Below, one piece after another: positions 1 through 12,000 of a stretch of 64,000 bases of DNA. The first letter of the stretch is position 1, and the number at the start of each line of letters is the position of its first letter. The notes beneath the pieces were generated by a model. It did no database searches. It saw only the letters and a list, made by a program, of their open reading frames with translations, and had not been told where the DNA came from. The stretch comes from Euprymna scolopes (lineage: Eukaryota), in assembly GCA_053919585.1 (NCBI GenBank), contig CM132791.1. One strand, 5' to 3'. A program made the translations under genes and the position numbers.

Positions 1-3000
1 AAGACCTGCCTAATTTTCCTCGCGAATATTTACTCTGCCGGCGACATATTAGATGAAGCGCTTTCATTTGGCGTATTTCGGATACTTTTATGAACTTTTC
101 CCTGTTCCCCTACCTGACTATTATTTTTGCGTATCTGGAAAAATTAATTCATCCCCAGGTAAGTGCCTCTTTCTCCGAAGTATAATATTCGGTCATTCAC
201 TTGTTTTGGCAAAAGTGGTCGAAGTCCTGCCTAATTTTCCTCGCGAATATTTACTCTGCCGGCGACATATTAGATGAAGCGCTTTCATTTGACGTATTTC
301 GGATACTTTTCTGAACTTTTCCCTGTTCCCCTACCTTACTATAATTTTTGCGTATCTGGAAAAATTAATTCATCCCCAGGTAAGTGCCTCTTTCTCCGAA
401 GTATAATATTCGGTCATTCACTTGTTTTGGCAAAAGTGGTCGAAGACCTGCCTAATTTTCCTCGCGAATATTTACTCTGCCGGCGACATATTAGATGAAG
501 CGCTTTCATTTGGCGTATTTCGGATCCTTTTCTGAACTTTTCCCTGTTCCCCTACCTTACTATTATTTTTGCGTATCTGGAAAAATTAATTCATCCCCAG
601 GTAAGTGCCTCTTTCTCCGAAGTATAATATTCGGTCATTCACTTGTTTTGGCAAAAGTGGTCGAAGACCTGCCTAATTTTCCTCGCGAATATTTACTCTG
701 CCGGCGACATATTAGATGAAGCGCTTTCATTTGGCGTATTTCGGATACTTTTCTGAACTTTTCCCGGTTCCCCTACCTTACTATTATTTTTGCGTATCTG
801 GAAAAATTAATTCATCCCCAGGTAAGTGCCTCTTTCTCCGAAGTATAATATTCGGTCATTCACTTGTTTTGGAAAAAGTTGTCGAAGACCTGCCTAATTT
901 TCCTCGCGAATATTTACTCTGCCGGCGACATATTAGATGAAGCGCTTTCATTTGGCGTATTTCGGATACTTTTCTGAACTTTTCCCTGTTCCCCTACCTT
1001 ACTATTATTTTTGCGTATCTGGAAAAAGTAATTCATCCCCAGGTAAGTGCCTCTTTCTCCGAAGTATAATATTCGCTCATTCACTTGTTTTGGCAAAAGT
1101 GGTCGAAGACCTGCCTAATTTTCCTCGCGAATATTTACTCTGCCGGCGACATATTAGATGAAGCGCTTTCATTTGGCGTATTTCGGATACTTTTCTGAAC
1201 TTTTCCCTGTTCCCCTACCTTACTATTATTTTTGCGTATCTGGAAAAATTAATTCATCCCCAGGTAAGTGCCTCTTTCTCCGAAGTATAATATTCGGTCA
1301 TTCACTTGTTTTGGAAAAAGTGGTCGAAGACCTGCCTAATTTTCCTCGCGAATATTTACTCTGCCGGCGACATATTAGATGAAGCGCTTTCATTTGGCGT
1401 ATTTCGGACACTTTTCTGAACTTTTCCCTGTTCCCCTACCTTACTATTATTTTTGCGTATCTGGAAAAATTAATTCATCCCCAGGTAAGTGCCTCTTTCT
1501 CCGAAGTATAATATTCGGTCATTCACTTGTTTTGGCAAAAGTGGTCGAAGACCTGCCTAATTTTCCTCGCGAATATTTACTCTGCCGGCGACATATTAGA
1601 TGAAGCGCTTTCATTTGGCGTATTTCGGATCCTTTTCTGAACTTTTCCCTGTTCCCCTACCTTACTATTATTTTTGCGTATCTGGAAAAATTAATTCATC
1701 CCCAGGTAAGTGCCTCTTTCTCCGAAGTATAATATTCGGTCATTCACTTGTTTTGGCAAAAGTGGTCGAAGACCTGCCTAATTTTCCTCGCGAATATTTA
1801 CTCTGCCGGCGACATATTAGATGAAGCGCTTTCATTTGGCGTATTTCGGATCCTTTTCTGAACTTTTCCCTTTTCCCCTACCTTACTATTATTTTTGCGT
1901 ATCTGGAAAAATTAATTCATCCCCAGGTAAGTGCCTCTTTCTCCGAAGTATAATATTCGGTCATTCACTTGTTTTGGCAAAAGTGGTCGAAGACCTGCCT
2001 AATTTTCCTCGCGAATATTTACTCTGCCGGCGACATATTAGATGAAGCGCTTTCATTTGGCGTATTTCGGATACTTTTCTGAACTTTTCCCTGTTCCCCT
2101 ACCTGACTATTATTTTTGCGTATCTGGAAAAATTAATTCATCCCCAGGTAAGTGCCTCTTTCTCCGAAGTATAATATTCGGTCATTCACTTGTTTTGGCA
2201 AAAGTGGTCGAAGTCCTGCCTAATTTTCCTCGCGAATATTTACTGTGACGGCGACATATTAGATGAAGCGCTTTCATTTGACGTATTTCGGATACTTTTC
2301 TGAACTTTTCCCTGTTCCCCTACCTTACTATAATTTTTGCGTATCTGGAAAAATTAATTCATCCCCAGGTAAGTGCCTCTTTCTCCGAAGTATAATATTC
2401 GGTCATTCACTGGTTTTGGCAAAAGTGGTCGAAGACCTGCCTAATTTTCCTCGCGAATATTTACTCTGCCGGCGACATATTAGATGAAGCGCTTTCATTT
2501 GGCGTATTTCGGATCCTTTTCTGAACTTTTCCCTGTTCCCCTACCTTACTATTATTTTTGCGTATCTGGAAAAATTAATTCATCCCCAGGTAAGTGCCTC
2601 TTTCTCCGAAGTATAATATTCGGTCATTCACTTGTTTTGGCAAAAGTGGTCGAAGACCTGCCTAATTTTCCTCGCGAATATTTACTCTGCCGGCGACATA
2701 TTAGATGAAGCGCTTTCATTTGGCGTATTTCGGATACTTTTCTGAACTTTTCCCTGTTCCCCTACCTTACTATTATTTTTGCGTATCTGGAAAAAGTAAT
2801 TCATCCCCAGGTAAGTGCCTCTTTCTCCGAAGTATAATATTCGGTCATTCACTTGTTTTGGCAAAAGTGGTCGAAGACCTGCCTAATTTTCCTCGCGAAT
2901 ATTTACTCTGCCGGCAACATATTAGATGAAGCGCTTTCATTTGACGTATTTCGGATACTTTTCTGAACTTCTCCCTGTTCCCCTACCTTACTATTATTTT

Positions 3001-6000
3001 TGCGTATCTGGAAAAATTAATTCATCCCCAGGTAAGTGCCTCTTTCTCCGAAGTATAATATTCGGTCATTCACTTGTTTTGGCAAAAGTGGTCGAAGACC
3101 TGCCTAATTTTCCTCGCGAATATTTACTCTGCCGGCGACATATTAGATGAAGCGCTTTCATTTGGCGTATTTCGGATCCTTTTCTGAACTTTTCCCTGTT
3201 CCCCTACCTTACTATTATTTTTGCGTATCTGGAAAAATTAATTCATCCCCAGGTAAGTGCCTCTTTCTCCGAAGTATAATATTCGGTCATTCACTTGTTT
3301 TGGCAAAAGTGGTCGAAGACCTGCCTAATTTTCCTCGCGAATATTTACTCTGCCGGCGACATATTAGATGAAGCGCTTTCATTTGGCGTATTTCGGATAC
3401 TTTTCTGAACTTTTCCCTGTTCCCCTACCTTACTATTATTTTTGCGTATCTGGAAAAATTAATTCATCCCCAGGTAAGTGCCTCTTTCTCCGAAGTATAA
3501 TATTCGGTCATTCACTTGTTTTGGCAAAAGTGGTCGAAGACCTGCCTAATTTTCCTCGCGAATATTTACTCTGCCGGCGACATATTAGATGAAGCGCTTT
3601 CATTTAGCGTATTTTGGATACTTTTCTGAACTTTTCCCTGTTCCCCTACCTTACTATTATTTTTGCGTATCTGGAAAAATTAATTCATCCCCAGGTAAGT
3701 GCCTCTTTCTCCGAAGTATAATATTCGCTCATTCACTTGTTTTGGCAAAAGTGGTCGAAGACCTGCCTAATTTTCCTCGCGAATATTTACTCTGCCGGCG
3801 ACATATTAGATGAAGCGCTTTCATTTGGCGTATTTCGGATACTTTTATGAACTTTTCCCTGTTCCCCTACCTGACTATTATTTTTGCGTATCTGGAAAAA
3901 TTAATTCATCCCCAGGTAAGTGCCTCTTTCTCCGAAGTATAATATTCGGTCATTCACTTGTTTTGGCAAAAGTGGTCGAAGTCCTGCCTAATTTTTCTCG
4001 CGAATATTTACTGTGCCGGCGACATATTAGATGAAGCGCTTTCATTTGACGTATTTCGGATACTTTTCTGAACTTTTCCCTGTTCCCCTACCTTACTATA
4101 ATTTTTGCGTATCTGGAAAAATTAATTCATCCCCAGGTAAGTGCCTCTTTCTCCGAAGTATAATATTCGGTCATTCACTTGTTTTGGCAAAAGTGGTCGA
4201 AGACCTGCCTAATTTTCCTCGCGAATATTTACTCTGCCGGCGACATATTAGATGAAGCGCTTTCATTTGGCGTATTTCGGATCCTTTTCTGAACTTTTCC
4301 CTGTTCCCCTACCTTACTATTATTTTTGCGTATCTGGAAAAATTAATTCATCTCCAGGTAAGTGCCTCTTTCTCCGAAGTATAATATTCGGTCATTCACT
4401 TGTTTTGGCAAAAGTGGTCGAAGACCTGCCTAATTTTCCTCGCGAATATTTACTCTGCCGGCGACATATTAGATGAAGCGCTTTCATTTGGCGTATTTCG
4501 GATCCTTTTCTGAACTTTTCCCTGTTCCCCTACCTTACTATTATTTTTGCGTATCTGGAAAAATTAATTCATCCCCAGGTAAGTGCCTCTTTCTCCGAAG
4601 TATAATATTCGGTCATTCACTTGTTTTGGCAAAAGTGGTCGAAGACCTGCCTAATTTTCCTCGCGAATATTTACTCTGCCGGCGACATATTAGATGAAGC
4701 GCTTTCATTTGGCGTATTTTGGATACTTTTCTGAACTTTTCCCTGTTCCCCTACCTTACTATTATTTTTGCGTATCTGGAAAAATTAATTCATCCCCAGG
4801 TAAGTGCCTCTTTCTCCGAAGTATAATATTCGCTCATTCACTTGTTTTGGCAAAAGTGGTCGAAGACCTGCCTAATTTTCCTCACGAATATTTAATCTGC
4901 CGGCGACATATTAGATGAAGCGCTTTCATTTGGCGTATTTCGGATACTTTTATGAACTTTTCCCTGTTCCCCTACCTTACTATTATTTTTGCGTATCTGG
5001 AAAAATTAATTCATCCCCAGGTAAGTGCCTCTTTCTCCGAAGTATAATATTCGGTCATTCACTTGTTTTGGCAAAAGTGGTCGAAGACCTGCCTAATTTT
5101 CCTCGCGAATATTTACTCTGCCGGCGACATATTAGATGAAGCGCTTTCATTTGGCGTATTTCGGATACTTTTATGAACTTTTCCCTGTTCCCCTACCTTA
5201 CTATTATTTTTGCGTATCTGGAAAAATTAATTCATCCCCAGGTAAGTGCCTCTTTCTCCGAAGTATAATATTCGGTCATTCACTTGTTTTGGCAAAAGTG
5301 GTCGAAGACCTGCCTAATTTTCCTCGCGAATATTTACTCTGCCGGCGACATATTAGATGAAGCGCTTTCATTTGGCGTATTTCGGATACTTTTCTGAACT
5401 TTTCCCTGTTCCCCTACCTTACTATTATTTTTGCGTATCTGGAAAAATTAATTCATCCCCAGGTAAGTGCCTCTTTCTCCGAAGTATAATATTCGGTCAT
5501 TCACTTGTTTTGGCAAAAGTGGTCGAAGACCTGCCTAATTTTCCTCGCGAATATTTACTCTGCCGGCGACATATTAGATGAAGCGCTTTCATTTGGCGTA
5601 TTTTGGATACTTTTCTGAACTTTTCCCTGTTCCCCTACCTTACTATTATTTTTGCGTATCTGGAAAAATTAATTCATCCCCAGGTAAGTGCCTCTTTCTC
5701 CGAAGTATAATATTCGCTCATTCACTTGTTTTGGCAAAAGTGGTCGAAGACCTGCCTAATTTTCCTCGCGAATATTTACTCTGCCGGCGACATATTAGAT
5801 GAAGCGCTTTCATTTGGCGTATTTCGGATACTTTTCTGAACTTTTCCCTGTTCCCCTACCTTACTATTATTTTTGCGTATCTGGAAAAATTAATTCATCC
5901 CCAGGTAAGTGCCTCTTTCTCCGAAGTATAATATTCGGTCATTCACTTGTTTTGGCAAAAGTGGTCGAAGACCTGCCTAATTTTCCTCGCGAATATTTAC

Positions 6001-9000
6001 TCTGCCGGCGACATATTAGATGAAGCGCTTTCATTTGGCGTATTTCGGATACTTTTCTGAACTTTTCCCTGTTCCCCTACCTTACTATTATTTTTGCGTA
6101 TCTGGAAAAATTAATTAATCCCCAGGTAAGTGCCTCTTTCTCCGAAGTATAATATTCGGTCATTCACTTGTTTTGGCAAAAGTGGTCGAAGACCTGCCTA
6201 ATTTTCCTCGCGAATATTTACTCTGCCGGCGACATATTAGATGAAGCGCTTTCATTTGGCGTATTTCGGATACTTTTCTGAACTTTTCCGTGTTCCCCTA
6301 CCTTACTATTATTTTTGCGTATCTGGAAAAATTAATTCATCCCCAGGTAAGTGCCTCTTTCTCCGAAGTATAATATTCGGTCATTCACTGGTTTTGGCAA
6401 AAGTGGTCGAAGACCTGCCTAATTTTCCTCGCGAATATTTACTCTGCCGGCGACATATTAGATGAAGCGCTTTCATTTGGCGTATTTCGGATCCTTTTCT
6501 GAACTTTTCCCTGTTCCCCTACCTTACTATTATTTTTGCGTATCTGGAAAAATTAATTCATCCCCAGGTAAGTGCCTCTTTCTCCGAAGTATAATATTCG
6601 GTCATTCACTTGTTTTGGCAAAAGTGGTCGAAGACCTGCCTAATTTTCCTCGCGAATATTTACTCTGCCGGCGACATATTAGATGAAGCGCTTTCATTTG
6701 GCGTATTTCGGATACTTTTCTGAACTTTTCCCTGTTCCCCTACCTTACTATTATTTTTGCGTATCTGGAAAAAGTAATTCATCCCCAGGTAAGTGCCTCT
6801 TTCTCCGAAGTATAATATTCGGTCATTCACTTGTTTTGGCAAAAGTGGTCGAAGACCTGCCTAATTTTCCTCGCGAATATTTACTCTGCCGGCGACATAT
6901 TAGATGAAGCGCTTTCATTTGACGTATTTCGGATACTTTTCTGAACTTCTCCCTGTTCCCCTACCTTACTATTATTTTTGCGTATCTGGAAAAATTAATT
7001 CATCCCCAGGTAAGTGCCTCTTTCTCCGAAGTATAATATTCGGTCATTCACTTGTTTTGGCAAAAGTGGTCGAAGACCTGCCTAATTTTCCTCGCGAATA
7101 TTTACTCTGCCGGCGACATATTAGATGAAGCGCTTTCATTTGGCGTATTTCGGATCCTTTTCTGAACTTTTCCCTGTTCCCCTACCTTACTATTATTTTT
7201 GCGTATCTGGAAAAATTAATTCATCCCCAGGTAAGTGCCTCTTTCTCCGAAGTATAATATTCGGTCATTCACTTGTTTTGGCAAAAGTGGTCGAAGACCT
7301 GCCTAATTTTCCTCGCGAATATTTACTCTGCCGGCGACATATTAGATGAAGCGCTTTCATTTGGCGTATTTCGGATACTTTTCTGAACTTTTCCCTGTTC
7401 CCCTACCTTACTATTATTTTTGCGTATCTGGAAAAATTAATTCATCCCCAGGTAAGTGCCTCTTTCTCCGAAGTATAATATTCGGTCATTCACTTGTTTT
7501 GGCAAAAGTGGTCGAAGACCTGCCTAATTTTCCTCGCGAATATTTACTCTGCCGGCGACATATTAGATGAAGCGCTTTCATTTGGCGTATTTTGGATACT
7601 TTTCTGAACTTTTCCCTGTTCCCCTACCTTACTATTATTTTTGCGTATCTGGAAAAATTAATTCATCCCCAGGTAAGTGCCTCTTTCTCCGAAGTATAAT
7701 ATTCGCTCATTCACTTGTTTTGGCAAAAGTGGTCGAAGACCTGCCTAATTTTCCTCGCGAATATTTACTCTGCCGGCGACATATTAGATGAAGCGCTTTC
7801 ATTTGGCGTATTTCGGATACTTTTCTGAACTTTTCCCTGTTCCCCTACCTTACTATTATTTTTGCGTATCTGGAAAAATTAATTCATCCCCAGGTAAGTG
7901 CCTCTTTCTCCGAAGTATAATATTCGGTCATTCACTTGTTTTGGCAAAAGTGGTCGAAGACCTGCCTAATTTTCCTCGCGAATATTTACTCTGCCGGCGA
8001 CATATTAGATGAAGCGCTTTCATTTGGCGTATTTCGGATCCTTTTCTGAACTTTTCCCTGTTCCCCTACCTTACTATTATTTTTGCGTATCTGGAAAAAT
8101 TAATTCATCCCCAGGTAAGTGCCTCTTTCTCCGAAGTATAATATTCGGTCATTCACTTGTTTTGGCAAAAGTGGTCGAAGACCTGCCTAATTTTCCTCGC
8201 GAATATTTACTCTGCCGGCGACATATTAGATGAAGCGCTTTCATTTGGCGTATTTCGGATACTTTTCTGAACTTCTCCCTGTTCCCCTACCTTACTATTA
8301 TTTTTGCGTATCTGGAAAAATTAATTCATCCCCAGGTAAGTGCCTCTTTCTCCGAAGTATAATATTCGGTCATTCACTTGTTTTGGCAAAAGTGGTCGAA
8401 GACCTGCCTAATTTTCCTCGCGAATATTTACTCTGCCGGCGACATATTAGATGAAGCGCTTTCATTTGGCGTATTTCGGATACTTTTATGAACTTTTCCC
8501 TGTTCCCCTACCTTACTATTATTTTTGCGTATCTGGAAAAATTAATTCATCCCCAGGTAAGTGCCTCTTTCTCCGAAGTATAATATTCGGTCATTCACTT
8601 GTTTTGGCAAAAGTGGTCGAAGACCTGACTAATTTTCCTCGCGAATATTTACTCTGCCGGCGACATATTAGATGAAGCGCTTTCATTTGGCGTATTTCGG
8701 ATACTTTTCTGAACTTTTCCCTGTTCCCCTACCTTACTATTATTTTTGCGTATCTGGAAAAATTAATTCATCCCCAGGTAAGTGCCTCTTTCTCCGAAGT
8801 ATAATATTCGGTCATTCACTTGTTTTGGCAAAAGTGGTCGAAGACCTGCCTAATTTTCCTCGCGAATATTTACTCTGCCGGCGACATATTAGATGAAGCG
8901 CTTTCATTTGGCGTATTTCGGATACTTTTCTGAACTTTTCCCTGTTCCCCTACCTTACTATTATTTTTGCGTATCTGGAAAAATTAATTCATCCCCAGGT

Positions 9001-12000
9001 AAGTGCCTCTTTCTCCGAAGTATAATATTCGGTCATTCACTTGTTTTGGCAAAAGTGGTCGAAGACCTGCCTAATTTTCCTCGCGAATATTTACTCTGCC
9101 GGCGACATATTAGATGAAGCGCTTTCATTTGGCGTATTTCGGATACTTTTCTGAACTTTTCCCTGTTCCCCTACCTTACTATTATTTTTGCGTATCTGGA
9201 AAAATTAATTCATCCCCAGGTAAGTGCCTCTTTCTCCGAAGTATAATATTCGGTCATTCACTTGTTTTGGCAAAAGTGGTCGAAGACCTGCCTAATTTTC
9301 CTCGCGAATATTTACTCTGCCGGCGACATATTAGATGAAGCGCTTTCATTTGGCGTATTTCGGATCCTTTTCTGAACTTTTCCCTGTTCCCCTACCTTAC
9401 TATTATTTTTGCGTATCTGGAAAAATTAATTCATCCCCAGGTAAGTGCCTCTTTCTCCGAAGTATAATATTCGGTCTTTCACTTGTTTTGGCAAAAGTGG
9501 TCGAAGACCTGCCTAATTTTCCTCGCGAATATTTACTCTGCCGGCGACATATTAGATGAAGCGCTTTCATTTGGCGTATTTCGGATCCTTTTCTGAACTT
9601 TTCCCTGTTCCCCTACCTTACTATTATTTTTGCGTATCTGGAAAAATTAATTCATCCCCAGGTAAGTGCCTCTTTCTCCGAAGTATAATATTCGGTCATT
9701 CACTTGTTTTGGCAAAAGTGGTCGAAGACCTGCCTAATTTTCCTCGCGAATATTTACTCTGCCGGCGACATATTAGATGAAGCGCTTTCATTTGGCGTAT
9801 TTCGGATACTTTTCTGAACTTTTCCCTGTTCCCCTACCTTACTATTATTTTTGCGTATCTGGAAAAATTAATTCATCCCCAGGTAAGTGCCTCTTTCTCC
9901 GAAGTATAATATTCGGTCATTCACTTGTTTTGGCAAAAGTGGTCGAAGACCTGCCTAATTTTCCTCGCGAATATTTACTCTGCCGGCGACATATTAGATG
10001 AAGCGCTTTCATTTGGCGTATTTCGGATCCTTTTCTGAACTTTTCCCTGTTCCCCTACCTTACTATTATTTTTGCGTATCTGGAAAAATTAATTCATCCC
10101 CAGGTAAGTGCCTCTTTCTCCGAAGTATAATATTCGGTCATTCACTTGTTTTGGCAAAAGTGGTCGAAGACCTGCCTAATTTTCCTCGCGAATATTTACT
10201 CTGCCGGCGACATATTAGATGAAGCGCTTTCATTTGGCGTATTTCGGATACTTTTCTGAACTTTTCCCTGTTCCCCTACCTTACTATTATTTTTGCGTAT
10301 CTGGAAAAATTAATTCATCCCCAGGTAAGTGCCTCTTTCTCCGAAGTATAATATTCGGTCATTCACTTGTTTTGGCAAAAGTGGTCGAAGACCTGCCTAA
10401 TTTTCCTCGCGAATATTTACTCTGGCCGGCGACATATTAGATGAAGCGCTTTCATTTGGCGTATTTCGGATACTTTTCTGAACTTTTCCCTGTTCCCCTA
10501 CCTTACTATTATTTTTGCGTATCTGGAAAAATTAATTCATCCCCAGGTAAGTGCCTCTTTCTCCGAAGTATAATATTCGGTCATTCACTTGTTTTGGCAA
10601 AAGTGGTCGAAGACCTGCCTAATTTTCCTCGCGAATATTTACTCTGCCGGCGACATATTAGATGAAGCGCTTTCATTTGGCGTATTTCGGATCCTTTTCT
10701 GAACTTTTCCCTGTTCCCCTACCTTACTATTATTTTTGCGTATCTGGAAAAATTAATTCATCCCCAGGTAAGTGCCTCTTTCTCCGAAGTATAATATTCG
10801 GTCATTCACTTGTTTTGGCAAAAGTGGTCGAAGACCTGCCTAATTTTCCTCGCGAATATTTACTCTGCCGGCGACATATTAGATGAAGCGCTTTCATTTG
10901 GCGTATTTCGGATCCTTTTCTGAACTTTTCCCTGTTCCCCTACCTTACTATTATTTTTGCGTATCTGGAAAAATTAATTCATCCCCAGGTAAGTGCCTCT
11001 TTCTCCGAAGTATAATATTCGGTCATTCACTTGTTTTGGCAAAAGTGGTCGAAGACCTGCCTAATTTTCCTCGCGAATATTTACTCTGCCGGCGACATAT
11101 TAGATGAAGCGCTTTCATTTGGCGTATTTCGGATCCTTTTCTGAACTTTTCCCTGTTCCCCTACCTTACTATTATTTTTGCGTATCTGGAAAAATTAATT
11201 CATCCCCAGGTAAGTGCCTCTTTCTCCGAAGTATAATATTCGGTCATTCACTTGTTTTGGCAAAAGTGGTCGAAGACCTGCCTAATTTTCCTCGCGAATA
11301 TTTACTCTGCCGGCGACATATTAGATGAAGCGCTTTTATTGGCGTATTTCGGATACTTTTCTGAACTTTTCCCGGTTCCCCTACCTTACTATTATTTTTG
11401 CGTATCTGGAAAAATTAATTCATCCCCAGGTAAGTGCCTCTTTCTCCGAAGTATAATATTCGGTCATTCACTTGTTTTGGAAAAAGTTGTCGAAGACCTG
11501 CCTAATTTTCCTCGCGAATATTTACTCTGCCGGCGACATATTAGATGAAGCGCTTTCATTTGGCGTATTTCGGATCCTTTTCTGAACTTTTCCCTGTTCC
11601 CCTACCTTACTATTATTTTTGCGTATCTGGAAAAATTAATTCATCTCCAGGTAAGTGCCTCTTTCTCCGAAGTATAATATTCGGTCATTCACTTGTTTTG
11701 GCAAAAGTGGTCGAAGACCTGCCTAATTTTCCTCGCGAATATTTACTCTGCCGGCGACATATTAGATGAAGCGCTTTCATTTGGCGTATTTCGGATCCTT
11801 TTCTGAACTTTTCCCTGTTCCCCTACCTTACTATTATTTTTGCGTATCTGGAAAAATTAATTCATCCCCAGGTAAGTGCCTCTTTCTCCGAAGTATAATA
11901 TTCGGTCATTCACTTGTTTTGGCAAAAGTGGTCGAAGACCTGCCTAATTTTCCTCGCGAATATTTACTCTGCCGGCGACATATTAGATGAAGCGCTTTCA

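Noticed and set aside
53-273. Hammerhead ribozyme satellite (as in newt, schistosome and cricket satellites)
   Set aside because: No CTGANGA core on either strand of the consensus.
53-273. Spliced-leader RNA gene array or U1 snRNA gene array
   Set aside because: The only Sm-like ATTTTTG lies upstream of the donor (or ~185 nt downstream in the next unit), not in the SL arrangement. The minus-strand ACTTACCTGG match to U1 stops after 10 nt.
155-275. HDV-like ribozyme in the monomer (TCCTCGC equals the HDV L3 loop; GGTAAGT could pair with ATTTACT as P1; CTAAT/ATTAG as P2)
   Set aside because: The GG needed for P1.1 after P1 is absent, P3 would be weak (U-G/U-A only), and there is no room for a proper P4 or J4/2. 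A descriptor search or in vitro cleavage assay would settle it.
205-310. tRNA/SINE-type Pol III promoter (TGGCAAAAGTGG as A box, ATTTCGGATCC as B box)
   Set aside because: The B box is a poor match, spacing is long, a T4 terminator lies between them, and no cloverleaf forms.
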